Positions 21,378 to 33,888 of a DNA stretch of 64,000 nucleotides are shown here, piece by piece; positions within the stretch are counted from its first letter, which is position 1, and the number at the start of each line of letters is the position of its first letter. The translations under genes and the position numbers were made by a program. This DNA is from Vairimorpha necatrix (taxonomy: Eukaryota). The DNA lies in assembly GCA_036630325.1 (NCBI GenBank), contig CP142727.1:1302001-1366000 (forward strand), given 5' to 3'. Under the pieces are notes generated by a model. The model was given only the letters and a program-made list of their open reading frames with translations. It had not been told where the DNA came from and made no database searches.

Positions 21378-23996
21378 TCAAAATCTCTTATATACTGATA
21401 ATAACTTCTCTTTCTCTTCTATACTCCTCATCAAAATATAAAAAGACTTCCCCCTCTTAAAAGCACTGTATAATTCACAGGACACATCTCCCAAAATATA
21501 ACAGGCATTATGGACTACCATCTTACAATCCTTACACTCTAACCCCTGGTCACTTACCCCATAAAGCACTTCATTGCAGTGCTCACAGAGGGTCCCAGGG
21601 GGGAAAGTCTTGGAAGAAAAAAGATGATTATTAAATTCATACAATTTTACTGGGTCTTCTTCTTCATCTTCTTGAGGAAGTGTGCACTTCCTTGCTGTCT
21701 CCATTTCTCTTTCTAGCTGGGAAATCTTCTTAAGAGTCCCTTCATACTGAAGCCTGGCCTCTTCTAATTGTCTCCCTTGTAGAAGAGGCATCATATTCTC
21801 TAATCCCGACTTCATACTCATTTCTATCTTGTAATCTCCCTCTAGAGACTTAATACTTCGTCTACTAGAAGAACTAATAGACTTGACTGACTCAGAAATA
21901 AAAATAATCTTGAGAATTAGAGATCTATTCTTATATGACTCATGATACATCTCATTATTCTTCAATTCCTTAATATACACATTTCCAATGTGACAAGATA
22001 AATCATTTATATAAAACATATCCTCAAGGATCCTTATTACAGATCTAAGCTTTTGTTTGTCTACAAACAAATTGCAAATAAACTCAGAATTATAGGAGAC
22101 TGGCGTCTCTTTATTTTTACTGGATTTTATACTCTTTAATTCTTCCTCTAATTGTTTCCTCATTTGTATTTCTTGATTAAATTTCTGCTGGTATTCTTTT
22201 ACTTCTGACGTCAGCATCCTGACTTGTTTCTTGAGATTATCTGTATTTACTTGTTTATTTTTATTTAGAAAATATTTTATATTTCTAAAATTCTCTTCTA
22301 ATAATTGTGTCTGGTTATAACACAGTAAAAATTTACTATTTATTTCATTTAATTTCTCAGAATCATAATCTAAGAAATTTATCTTTATATTTTTATTATT
22401 CGTAATTTTTAAATAATCTTCAGAGATGGATTTTCTCTCTTCTATAATTTTATTTATGTTTTCTATTTCTCTGCGTTTTTCTTGTAATTCATTTTCAAGG
22501 CTAGAAAATTCTTCCTTTTCATTTATTAGATTTTTGAGTAAATTTTTATATTCTTCTGTTTTTTCTTTTAATTTCCCCTGTGCTTCATTTATTTGTTTTT
22601 CTATATTTTGTAGTTCATCAGTCTTTTTTATTAGATCTTTTTTATCGTCGTCATTTTTACATGTATTCATTGATGTCTCGTTTTTGTTATTTGTATTCTG
22701 GGTTGACTCGTTTTTGTTATTTCTTATTGTATCTTTCTCGTCATTATTATTTAGTACTTTGGTATCTCTATAGTCTTCTTTGATGATGTCTTTTTCGTCT
22801 TGTATATTGTTAATATTCATTTTATTAAAAGTACCTTCTAAATCTTGCGAGACATTAGTTGAGTCATCAATTTTAATTACTTTTCTTAAATGACTTACCA
22901 TTTTTGGATCATATGAAAATCCTACAAAATCTATATAATTAATCTTCTCTGATTTCTGATTCTCCATCTCAAATGAAGTGTCCATGAAATTAGATGTATC
23001 TAATTCACTACTAATCTCAGGTATAAATGGTGGTATCATTTCTTTTACATTATTCCAATCTACTCCTTGAAAGAATTTATGACTTTTTATTTCTTTAATT
23101 CCTAATCTTTCTTCTTTTTTACATATCAATTTACTTATTAAATCTTTTATATCTTCAGAAATCTTAAATGGATAAGTAAAAGACACACTTGTGATTTTCT
23201 TATAAGTTTCTACAAGTGTAGCCGAGTAAAAAGGCGTAGCACCAAATAACATTTCATAAATTATGACTCCTAGAGTCCAGAAATCTATATTTTCATTGTA
23301 GTCATTTTCTAATTGACCAGATTCTAATATGTCAGGGGAGACGTAGTCGGGTGTGCCGACTACGTAAGAAGATCTTGCTATACCATTTTCCATTTTTATA
23401 CTACTACCAAAATCGGCCAATTTTATATGACCATCTTTGCCTATTAAAATATTATCTGGTTTTAAATCTCTATGAATCCATCCTAATTTATGAAGTTCAT
23501 CAAGTGCTGCTACTAATTCTATAACATAAAATCTTACCCAATCTTCTTCTAAGACATCTTCTTTACTCAATAAACCCATGAAATCTCCACCAGGTATAAA
23601 ATCCATAAAATAATATAAAAAGTCGTCATCTTGTAGTGTCATTTTTGCAGAAACAAGCCACTTTGAATTTATAGAGTCAACTAGTAGAGATTTCTCTGCC
23701 ATAAATAAGGCAGTGTTTGGTTGTCTCAAAATGACATCTTTGGCTACACGCTTCATAGCATAAATTTGATCTTTTTTTACAAGAAATACTTCCCCGTATC
23801 CTCCTTTTGCTATAGTTTTGAGTATTTCAAAATCATGGGGATTTGTTTTATTTTTTATAAGGTGGTTTAGGTTGTCTATGGGTAAATGTGTGTTTGTTTT
23901 GTCTATGCATTTGTAGACTGTTTCTATACAATCACCAATGAGATTTAGTGTTTCTTCGTCTGTATTTATATTTTCACATTTTTTTTGTGTTTCCAT
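21378..23996 (-). CDS. ROCK/MRCK/DMPK-family AGC Ser/Thr kinase with coiled coil, HR1-like motif and C1 domain
   Basis: GGYGEV, HRDLKPDN, LADFG, VGTPDYVSPD, FVGFSY hydrophobic motif, long coiled coil, C1 H..CEHC..CKDC..H..C. The ATG at 23996 follows CCCCC. Confidence 0.9.
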   Translation of the reverse strand: METQKKCENINTDEETLNLIGDCIETVYKCIDKTNTHLPIDNLNHLIKNKTNPHDFEILKTIAKGGYGEVFLVKKDQIYAMKRVAKDVILRQPNTALFMAEKSLLVDSINSKWLVSAKMTLQDDDFLYYFMDFIPGGDFMGLLSKEDVLEEDWVRFYVIELVAALDELHKLGWIHRDLKPDNILIGKDGHIKLADFGSSIKMENGIARSSYVVGTPDYVSPDILESGQLENDYNENIDFWTLGVIIYEMLFGATPFYSATLVETYKKITSVSFTYPFKISEDIKDLISKLICKKEERLGIKEIKSHKFFQGVDWNNVKEMIPPFIPEISSELDTSNFMDTSFEMENQKSEKINYIDFVGFSYDPKMVSHLRKVIKIDDSTNVSQDLEGTFNKMNINNIQDEKDIIKEDYRDTKVLNNNDEKDTIRNNKNESTQNTNNKNETSMNTCKNDDDKKDLIKKTDELQNIEKQINEAQGKLKEKTEEYKNLLKNLINEKEEFSSLENELQEKRREIENINKIIEERKSISEDYLKITNNKNIKINFLDYDSEKLNEINSKFLLCYNQTQLLEENFRNIKYFLNKNKQVNTDNLKKQVRMLTSEVKEYQQKFNQEIQMRKQLEEELKSIKSSKNKETPVSYNSEFICNLFVDKQKLRSVIRILEDMFYINDLSCHIGNVYIKELKNNEMYHESYKNRSLILKIIFISESVKSISSSSRRSIKSLEGDYKIEMSMKSGLENMMPLLQGRQLEEARLQYEGTLKKISQLEREMETARKCTLPQEDEEEDPVKLYEFNNHLFSSKTFPPGTLCEHCNEVLYGVSDQGLECKDCKMVVHNACYILGDVSCELYSAFKRGKSFYILMRSIEEKEKLLSVYKRF

Positions 23997-24236
23997 GGGG
24001 GAAATATTTTTTATAAATTTATGCATTAATTTTTCTTTTTATGTTTTTTTCTGTTCATGGAACGTTGTAAAAAAATAAAATAAACAAAATTAAGATTAAT
24101 TGAAATTTTCTTATTTAATTTTTATTTGGAAACAATATAGTGCAATTTTATTTATGCACATTTAAATCTGTGTTCAATGTAAATTTAATATTTATTTTGC
24201 ATTATATTTTATGTTTCGTTTTTTTTATGCCCCAAA

Positions 24237-24617
24237 ATGGGCTCAAATGAAAATCTCGCTCCTCGTGACGCTAAAGTAATTTCTATAATTCTCAGATCTC
24301 TGGGAATTGAAGAATGTGAACCAAAAGTCATTGTCCAATTATTAGAACTGGCTTATAAATATTCCACTGATGTCATGAAAGATGCGCGTCTTTATTCTGA
24401 GCATTGTGGTCGATCTTCTATAAATGTCAGTGACATGAAACTGGCTCTACAGACCAAAGTGGGTAAGCATTTTGTCCCTCCTCCTCCTAGACATTATCTT
24501 ATGGAGATAGCCAACACAGTGAACTCTAAGCCGCTTAATACTTCAGAAACATCAGAAAATCTAATTAAAGTTCCCAATAGAGATCATTTCCTTGGAGGAT
24601 ATGAATATGAAGAGTAA
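24237..24617 (+). CDS. TAF9: TFIID subunit TAF9
   Basis: PRDAKVISIILRSLGI..EPKVIVQLLELAYKY histone fold and PPPR...N..PL motif; CCCAAA before the ATG. Confidence 0.93.
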   Translation: MGSNENLAPRDAKVISIILRSLGIEECEPKVIVQLLELAYKYSTDVMKDARLYSEHCGRSSINVSDMKLALQTKVGKHFVPPPPRHYLMEIANTVNSKPLNTSETSENLIKVPNRDHFLGGYEYEE

Positions 24618-24734
24618 AAGCAAGAGATATAATATAAACTAAATAATGAAATAAAGAATTACTAATTGTTAAATATAAGACCTAAATTTAAATCAAGAAA
24701 TTTAAAATATGAAAAACTTTACTTCCCTTTATTT

Positions 24735-25028
24735 ATGAGAAATACATTTGAACTTGGCAAATATTTGAGATCAAATACAAATCCAAAAATAGATCTGAAA
24801 AATATGAAGAAACTGGAAGATCCAGAAATAATAAACATAAAAGAAATAGAAAACTGTACTAAAATAACTAAATACTTATTTTTTATAAAAAGTCATACAG
24901 AAAAATATTTTGTCTCTTTAATATTGAATGAAGAAGAAATAAAAAAGATCGAGAATAGGGAATTCACTACAATAAAACTTAATAAAAAATATAATAAAAT
25001 ATATTATGATGTGGAATTAGATGTGTAG
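24735..25028 (+). CDS. Small hypothetical protein (97 aa)
   Basis: ATG 24735 preceded by CCC; sits at the end of the core island; no recognised motif. Confidence 0.5.
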   Translation: MRNTFELGKYLRSNTNPKIDLKNMKKLEDPEIINIKEIENCTKITKYLFFIKSHTEKYFVSLILNEEEIKKIENREFTTIKLNKKYNKIYYDVELDV

Positions 25029-27288
25029 AATATAAATATTTAAAAAAAAAATTAGCATAAATTTACATAAAAGAAAACTTGCAATTTTATAGTTTGATAA
25101 TTTACAAGTGCTTTATTTTATTGGGAAAAGCATTATGTTGATACATAAGGACAAAATGGTTTTTTACAACTAAAGATGTTTGAGCAATAGATAATTATTG
25201 AACATGATTTAACGAAAAATATCAGTTACATTCATAAACCTTGTATGCTCCAACTACAAGAGTTTGATATATTTTATGTCTAGTTTAGAAGCGCACCTCA
25301 AGGCCGGAATTAATGTAGTCTTAATTTTTTTTTTTCAATGTAAAAAATTTTTAAACTGCATGGACCAATAGAAAAGAGCATATTAATGCTTTATTGGAGT
25401 GCATCTAAGGTTCGGGATTATATAGAGCTATAATGACGCAAGTCCTTGTTTATTGATTTCCACAACGGAACTATTTTTACCTTAGTCCTTTACCAAAATA
25501 AATAAATAAAATTCATTTTTAGTCTTGTTTTTCAAAAGTCAGTCTGGAAAAAAATGCGGAGAACCAATTTATTAAAAAAAATTAAAGTTATAATAAAATG
25601 CCATAATTACCAAAAATAAAGAAATAAGTTTTTTATTATTTTTTTCCATTTCTTTTAAAAGACTTCTTTTTTTATACATTGCAATGTATAAAAAAGTAAG
25701 GCTTAATCAATATTTACATAAACAACATAATAAGGTAATTACATTTTTAAAAACGACATTCTATTAAGATAAAAGAAGAAATAATTTATTAAATAAATCT
25801 TCTCCTTTGCTTTGGTTTTTGTAGCACAGCTTGTCCCGGTATCGCCCATGGGATTCAAATCTTCACAGACTATGTTTTTTATGGAATTATTTTCGATTTT
25901 CAACTTTAAACTTTTAGCTTTATCCTCTTTTTTAGACGCCACATATTTTTTATATCGCCATATTTGAAGTGCGTTTTTTTTTTCTTTGCAAGTAATAGGT
26001 AGGGAAACCCCTTACACAAGGACCAGAGGGATTTGTGTGTGATCTTTTTTTTTCTAGTGCGCTTACAGCTAGCCACGTCTTTTCTGCAAAATTTTAATCC
26101 TATTCTTGCCTTCGTTCTTATACTTAGGCTCTAGAGTCTTCTCAGGCTTTAAAAGAAATAAACAATTAATAAATACATATATATATGTGGGATTTTTGAT
26201 GCAGTAATATATCATATCTTACGAAGCCGAGGTTTTATATGATATAAAAATAATTTTAAGGGCAAGAATATATCTTATTAAGATATAGTTTTTCTATATA
26301 ATAAATAATTAAGAAAAAAGACCAAATAATATATACACTGCTAAAATACTGATAAATAAACCTAGAAACTGTTTAAAAACATATTCAACAATAACAAAAA
26401 TTACTTGCGATTTTGACCATAAAATTTTACAAATCTAGGCTTTTTTTAACACGTAAATTTGTATAAACACATAATTAAAAAGGATTATAAGTAATAACAT
26501 TATAAGTAATAATAAAACTAGATCTTAATTAGTTTATTTTGGACTAAGTAAATTTTTGTTTATTCTTTAACTCTCTGGACGCTTCGACCTTAAAAACAAA
26601 GCCTAATAAATTCTGTATCGATGTGGTAAGAGAGGACACAAGTGGAATTTAGCCCGCAACGTGTTTTTAGAACTTTTTTTGTTATTGTTTAAACGTGCCC
26701 ATTGAAATCTAAGGCTACGTATAAAACAAGGACACGACGAATTTAATACACATGAACCAAAAATAAACAAGGACATCTTACTCTTCCAATTTTATATGAT
26801 CAAATTTTTTTTTTTTGAAAATATTTTCATATTACAGTGTCTTGCAATTAGAAAATCACATCGATAAGTAAAAGTGAATTGAACCTCGGCAGAAGAATAT
26901 TTATCGTCATATATACGTGTAAACTTCTAAATAAGTTGTCTTTTTATTTATAATCTGCAAGAAAAACATATTATGTTAATATAGCGCAATAAAATGTTTA
27001 AAAAGTCATGTTTCGTTCTATTAAAAATACATACAAGACTATGTATAAATTTTTAAAAAATTTGTAAATCGAACGAGTGTAACGTGTATGGAATACATAA
27101 AAAAAATAGATAAATTGTAAAATAAAGCTTATGTTTTCCAAATTTACTTATTTGTTCATCAAAAGTTTTCAGACAAACTCTTAATCACAAAAAAACATAC
27201 CACATCAAAAATCGTTAAATTCCGCAAAAATAATATAAATAAGGTTTATTTAAAAGATGAAATAAATACAAAATTTATTTTTCTCCCA

Positions 27289-27975
27289 ATGATAATTTTA
27301 TTTTTTTCTAAAATTTTTACCATATCGGAACGAGAGCTATTTTATTCATGGACAAAAGATTTGGTTAAAACCAATATAACAAATTATACCGATACCTTAA
27401 AACTGATAGAAAATAGTCGTTATGTGCACAAAGATCCTTTAGATTATTCATCTTGTAATGCTACCGAATACTTTTCTTATATTGAGCCTCTCGACATAAG
27501 TGAACTTAACTATGATGATCTAGAAATAGCTTCTAGATATATTTATCTAAAATTAATACAAGACAAGCTTTACAGAAAAACACTTAAAGAAATGTTAAAA
27601 TATAAACCATTAATCTATTTTGCTGATAAATTTGAGAATTTTCATAAGTACGTTTTAAGTTTTATTGAAAATACTAACGACGACGACGAGACATGGGCTC
27701 CGCTCTTGCTTGTGAAATCAATGGCATATATGAGTTATAAGCTAATTTATTTACTTTCGTTCGTCGAATTAGATGAACAGGCGATGTTTCTTGTGTGTTG
27801 GTCGATAAGAAATAATATTGCGTTCAAGACTGAAGAAAAATGTCAATGGCGATTAAATCAAATAATGAAAATTTTTAGCTATAACCCTTTATGTTGGTCA
27901 ATTGAGAAGGCTCTCACTCCTAATAATGATAAATATGATTGGCTTTGGGTAAAATATTTTCATAGAAAGCGGTAA
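27289..27975 (+). CDS. ~227-aa putative secreted multigene family member 1
   Basis: CCCA-ATG; hydrophobic leader; family motifs YSSCN..YFS..E.LD.S, KS.A...YKLIY..SF and C.W; close paralog of 57542-58225. Confidence 0.85.
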   Translation: MIILFFSKIFTISERELFYSWTKDLVKTNITNYTDTLKLIENSRYVHKDPLDYSSCNATEYFSYIEPLDISELNYDDLEIASRYIYLKLIQDKLYRKTLKEMLKYKPLIYFADKFENFHKYVLSFIENTNDDDETWAPLLLVKSMAYMSYKLIYLLSFVELDEQAMFLVCWSIRNNIAFKTEEKCQWRLNQIMKIFSYNPLCWSIEKALTPNNDKYDWLWVKYFHRKR

Positions 27976-30900
27976 AATTGTCTTCTAATTGTATTGATTA
28001 AATTTGTTGTTAACTAAAAGATGACATACATATTATTTAGTTAAATTATATATACCATTTCAAAAAAAAATATATGTGAAAACATCGTTAAAAAATAATT
28101 ATATTTTATTTTTGGTTATTTCTTAGCTTTAAAGTTGTTTTTTAAAGCACTAATTTATATAACACTTGTACAGCAAACATTTGTCCTCATACCAGGTCAT
28201 TCTTATTTATATAATGCTCAATTCGTAGACTATTAATATCTATACTCAGTCTTTCGAATTGGCTATTATGTAATTTATAGACCCTATCGAATATATATTT
28301 TATGTTTTTGCAAAACTAGATTTTTTTACTTACTTGTTTTTTTCATGTCTTTGGCAATTTTTATCATTATTAATTTTTTTTTGATATATTTATTTTTGCT
28401 TGTATAGGCAAGCATTTATTTTTTGCACACAGAATCAAATAGTAATAAATAGGTTTTTTTTATGTTTAAAATTTATTAAGTTAGAAAATGCATTTGACTT
28501 TATAGACAATAAGTATGTATTGTGGTATCTATAATTTATAAAGTTAGATTAATAATTAGCAATGTATAAGATAAAAATTAGGGCATAAGTTATAATACGC
28601 CCACATTGTACCACTTTGTTCAAAAATTTTTAACCATATTATTTTTTCGAAAAAAAGTGAGAAGGCCAAAAAACACTTGTTTTTTTTTTTAATACATAAA
28701 TTTAACAGCTGCATTTTTCTTAATCGAACTTTGTTCGATCTGTAAATTTATCCAATATAATAAGTATTTAAGACCTATAAATTTTTTGTTATTTGATACG
28801 TATTGTATGATTAGAATTTAATATATTAACTCTACCTAAAGTATATAATTTATGTCAAACAATAAACAATTTGGTGAATAACATTGCACAAATTAATTGA
28901 CTATGAGGTTAAAAAAGATAATTTCGGAAATGCTTAATGAATTTTAAATAAGTTATCCCTGCTATACAACGAACATTGATCATTTTCCCGTTTTTTAAAT
29001 TACAATAAAATTTAATAAAATTTTTTCACATATCGTAAGAAAATATTTAGTAATTATTGTATCATTATACTAAATTATGCACTCAAATATAAATTCTTGT
29101 TAAAATCTGTATATAAAAGGACTAATTGAATTGGATTTTTTTCTATATTGTTTTTTTTGAGCTGATTTTTTAATGAACAAAATTTTAAAATACAGGTTCG
29201 GATGCGGAGCAAGGGGATTTTATGTAACATATAGCTACTATGTTATTTGAACATTTATTGGGTATCCACAAATTTAATATGTAAATTGTAGAAATAACTA
29301 CACATAACTAATATACAATAAAACTAAAATTAACCAAAAGAGTCAAGAATAATAATCATTTAATTTATCTTTTACATTATTGACTTTAATATTTTCTTAT
29401 TCATTTTTTTTATCACGATACCTAGATTAAGGAATCAGCAAATTTTTGTATTAATTTTTGCCATTTCTCATTGACAATGAGCTTTGGTTTAAAATATGTC
29501 AACATTTTATGGTTAGTTCCTTGCTAAATGCATGACTTGATTTGTGAATGCAAAAAAGATTGCTCATAAATCTCATTTTCTAATGATTTAAATATCTCAT
29601 ACAAATTTTCTTCATTACGTGGCTCCCTTAGATTTTTAATTAAATTTAATACATACCTAAAAAACCTTTAGCTTACATGATTTCTGAATTGCTTTTTAAA
29701 TGTGTTTGTCGTATAAATTTTATATAAATATATCTAGACGCATTTATTATTTTTTATAATCAATTTGATTTAAGTCAAGTGCTTCTACAATTGAAAAATT
29801 AAGTAGTACTTTAAAAAGTATGATTTAAAGAATCATCAAATTAAAACTAATAGCAATGCATTCGCAAGTGTAATTATTGATTGTTTTATTAGGAATTATC
29901 ATTTTTTTGTACAAAGTAGAATATTTTTCTATCTTTTTTACAAGTTTTTAAATAATAGAAAGCAGAGTAAAATTTATGTATATAAAAAATTTTTGTGCGA
30001 CTTATATAGAATTTTTTTAATGTAATAAGAAATCCTGATAATCAGTCTTTGCATTTTGTATGCTATTACAATGATCTTAAGTCAACATGTTAATTTTTTA
30101 TGTACTATAAAAAATCTTTTGTTTATACATATCTAATTTGCAGTATATTGTGTATTTTTTATAGTATAACATATTTATCTCTATAGGGCTTTTACCGTTG
30201 ATTTCTAGTTCATCTTTTGCTAATATATTCATCTTATAAATATTGAAGTAATTAAAATTATTCTAGTAATAAAATGGTATCAAAGATTGTTATAAGATTT
30301 TCCTAAATATATCGTATATATGACGAATATTTATATGCTTAATGTTTTTTTGCTAGACAACAAAAAGACTCGGCAGATAATTTAGAGTAATATGAGCGGT
30401 TTATACTAAAAATATAATCGAACTATTTTATGGCGAATTTGCTTAAAAATTAGACTTCAGCTACAAAATTTTTTTGTTCTATTATCATACAGGGTTATCA
30501 TAAACCAAAAAATTTATAGATCTTGTTAATGAGTTCTAGAGATCATTACAAATTTAGACTTGCCGCTCACACAATTATTCGCGTCATACATATACATATC
30601 TACAATATTACTTTATATAGAGTAAAATGATTACTTATCTTTTCTTTCGACAATGAGTCATAAAAGGATAAAGATATGAGAATCGTAAACTTTTAACGAC
30701 ATTATTTATAGATTTAAAATTGTCTCAAGAATTACAAAAGTTATCAAACATAAAATTAATATAAAGCATATAGTAATATTTTTACATAAAAAAGCGCGTA
30801 TCTCTTTTTCTTAGACTTTAAGTATTTTTTTGGTTAAACGTAAATCCTCGAAGACAAGCAACACAACTTTTGCATATTAACTTAGAATTTTCTAAACAAA

Positions 30901-32979
30901 ATTTATAAATCGTAGGAATTAACCACATCTTAAATTTTTTTTTCGGTGGTAGTCGTGAAATATTCTGATCTTATTTTATCAACAGAATGCATTCTGCACA
31001 ATGTAAAGACGCTTGCTATAAAACCCAATAATTTAGAAGAATATAACTTCTGAAAATATTGATTAAAATGACTGTATTATTACTTTTAAAAGTATTGATC
31101 AAAAAAATATAAATTTTTTTTTGGAAATTCTTTGTATTTAAAGAAATTTTGTTTTATTCCATGTTGGTTTAGACTACTGATTTTTATGCTTTTTTTCAAC
31201 ATTAACTTATTATATGTAGCCATTGTATAAATAAAAAACATAAAAATGAATACTCGAATGAAATGTTTGTCTTTTGATTGGACCATTCAATATAAAGTTT
31301 TATTTTAAAATCAAAATTTTTATAATGATTTATAAGACTATTGCAAGTAAAAATACATAAAGAAAAGTAATAAAATTAATAGGATAATTCGTTATTTTAA
31401 TTATATTCGAAAATTCTATAAACCAATATAGTTATTAAGTTTAATAATTATATATGACTTACAAATATATTTTTAGTTTGATTTTTCTTAAAAAAACAGT
31501 TGCAAATTTATTTAGTCATTTTTAAATTAAAATTTTATTAATTAAAATGATTATATTGTTTCCCTAGTTATATAAATACTGTATATCAAATCCAATATTT
31601 TTAACTATTTTTTTATCTAATAAGGCAACATATTAAAAAAAAGGCATTTTGCATAGTATCAAAAAAGGAAAGACGAACGATATTCTTAATAATTTCATGA
31701 CAGTGTATCTTCATAGTTTTGATTTTTCAATTTATATATTTCAGAGAAAACATTTATGAGAATTATATTTATAAAATTTATTAATAAGAGAATATGAGGA
31801 ATATTTATTATCATCTTATATTAAATTTTACCGCGATAGAAAACAAAAGGAAAGTGTTTCTTTTTTGTGCCATGCATTCTCGTTCTCTGGCTGTGATAAT
31901 AAATGTATATACAATTAACAATTTATGAATATCATTTTATGTTATACTAAATCTAAGCTTTAATTGTGTGTAGGCTCTAATTTAGAATTTACGTCTGGTC
32001 CCATTACAAAGTCTTTACGTACTTATTCAAGATTATAATTCTTTCATCTAAATAAAGAACAGAAACCCCCGATTTTTTATTTAATATTATCATTTAAGCT
32101 AATTTGAAAACTTTAAATTGTATTTGTAGTTCTTAGAAGAAATTTTAATGTGAAAACAATTTTGCCATGCAAAAACATAGATTTATTCTTGGAATTCTGA
32201 TCTGAAAACGAGTTTATTTATTTTGTTATAACATGTCAGACATACAAATTACAAAGTTAATATAATAGAGATATAAAGGAACGCGAAAATCAAAATGAAA
32301 AAATAGAAACAATACGTTAAATGGATTTAAAAAAATTACTAATATACATTACAAAACAAATACATTAAAAACAGCGGACCATTTTTATCCTAGATGTAAG
32401 AAGTTTCACCATAGAAAGAAAATTGAACATATATACTTTGATACGCTGCTTTGAGCTATAAATTTAACAAAAAAAAATATAACTCGAAAAATTACTAACT
32501 CAAAAAAACAAGTTCAAAAATGACAATTGATATTAAACTACATAAATATAGAATATTATTACAGAAAAATTCACATAGACTATATAAAAAAAATTAGCTT
32601 ATACGCATGTCCATGAACTGTTGCTATGGTATCTGTTTCATATATGAAAACAAAAAAATCATTACATGAGCCTCTAAATGAAATATATTAATTTACAAAT
32701 ATGAAAAAAAAATAAGTTTGCAATATAGCAATGAATCAAGTCCATAGTTGCTAAGATTAAATTTGTAATTCGGCTGGAAACGCCATTAAAAACTACAAAA
32801 TATAACGATGAAAAACAATTGAGAATCTGTATGTTTTTTTAAATTAGTCTATACAAATATTAAAGATATTTAATATAAGTTCTTCATAGTGCATTTAAAA
32901 ATAAATAGGTATAATTTTAATGTAAGAACTTTAGAATAAATCAAAAAATTTTATAGAAAAACAAAATTAAAATTCATTT

Positions 32980-33670
32980 AATTATTTTTTTTATAAAACA
33001 ATGGCCATTAATGTTTTCTTAACGGATCTGATTCATTATATACGTCTTCGTGCAATAATCTCTTTAAATATTTATTCATGCCGAGTTCCAATATTTGTTG
33101 TATTTGTCATTGACAATTCCATTATTTATTAGCCTCTTTGATATTATATTTGCATCAGACACTGCTTTACACGCTCTTGCATCTAATTCTATATAAAAAA
33201 GTAAATAAATAAGCTTGCAATTCATAAAAGCCAATGATTTCAAGAATAAATATGGATGTTCTTCATCATTTTTTTGCTCGACATTTTTGATAATATTTAA
33301 ACGAATTCATGAAAAACATTTAAAATTATCAACTTTTTGTATTAAAGGTTTAAGTGCTACCATCTTTTAAATGTTTCCCTAGAATTCAAATCTTGTCTGA
33401 GTAGTAGATAAATAAACTTAGACGCGGCTTTTAAATCATCATATTAATTTGACTTAGATCAAGTGGATCAACATTAGAAAAGTATTTGGTTGGATTACAA
33501 GATGAATAATTAATGGATTCTTTGTGATTAAAACCATTTATAGCAATGTCATACGTGTCAGTATATATTGTTTCAATGGTTTGTAGCGGCGAGTTCATTA
33601 ATTGTTGAAAAAAATTTCTCCAAAGTACTTGTAATCTTAGAAACAAATTGAAATAACATAAGGAAAACAT
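32980..33670 (-). pseudogene. Family member 2, frameshifted
   Basis: NYSSCNPTKYFSNVDPLDLSQIN followed by a frameshift; downstream HPYLFLKSLAFMNCKL and C.W motifs in other frames. 3' end approximate. Confidence 0.75.
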
Positions 33671-33888
33671 ACATTTCTATTAATAAATAAAATATTTATA
33701 AACAATCTTATCATCTATTATATACAATAAGACAGATTCAAAATTACTATTTAATCAAGATATTCGACAATTTTTTATTTTAAATTCAAAATCTTAGTTG
33801 TTTTAATAAAAAGATAGACCTAAATTAAAGTCTTTTATATATGTCAAGGTATATTAGACATACGATACCATTTTTGTCGCATCGGATA

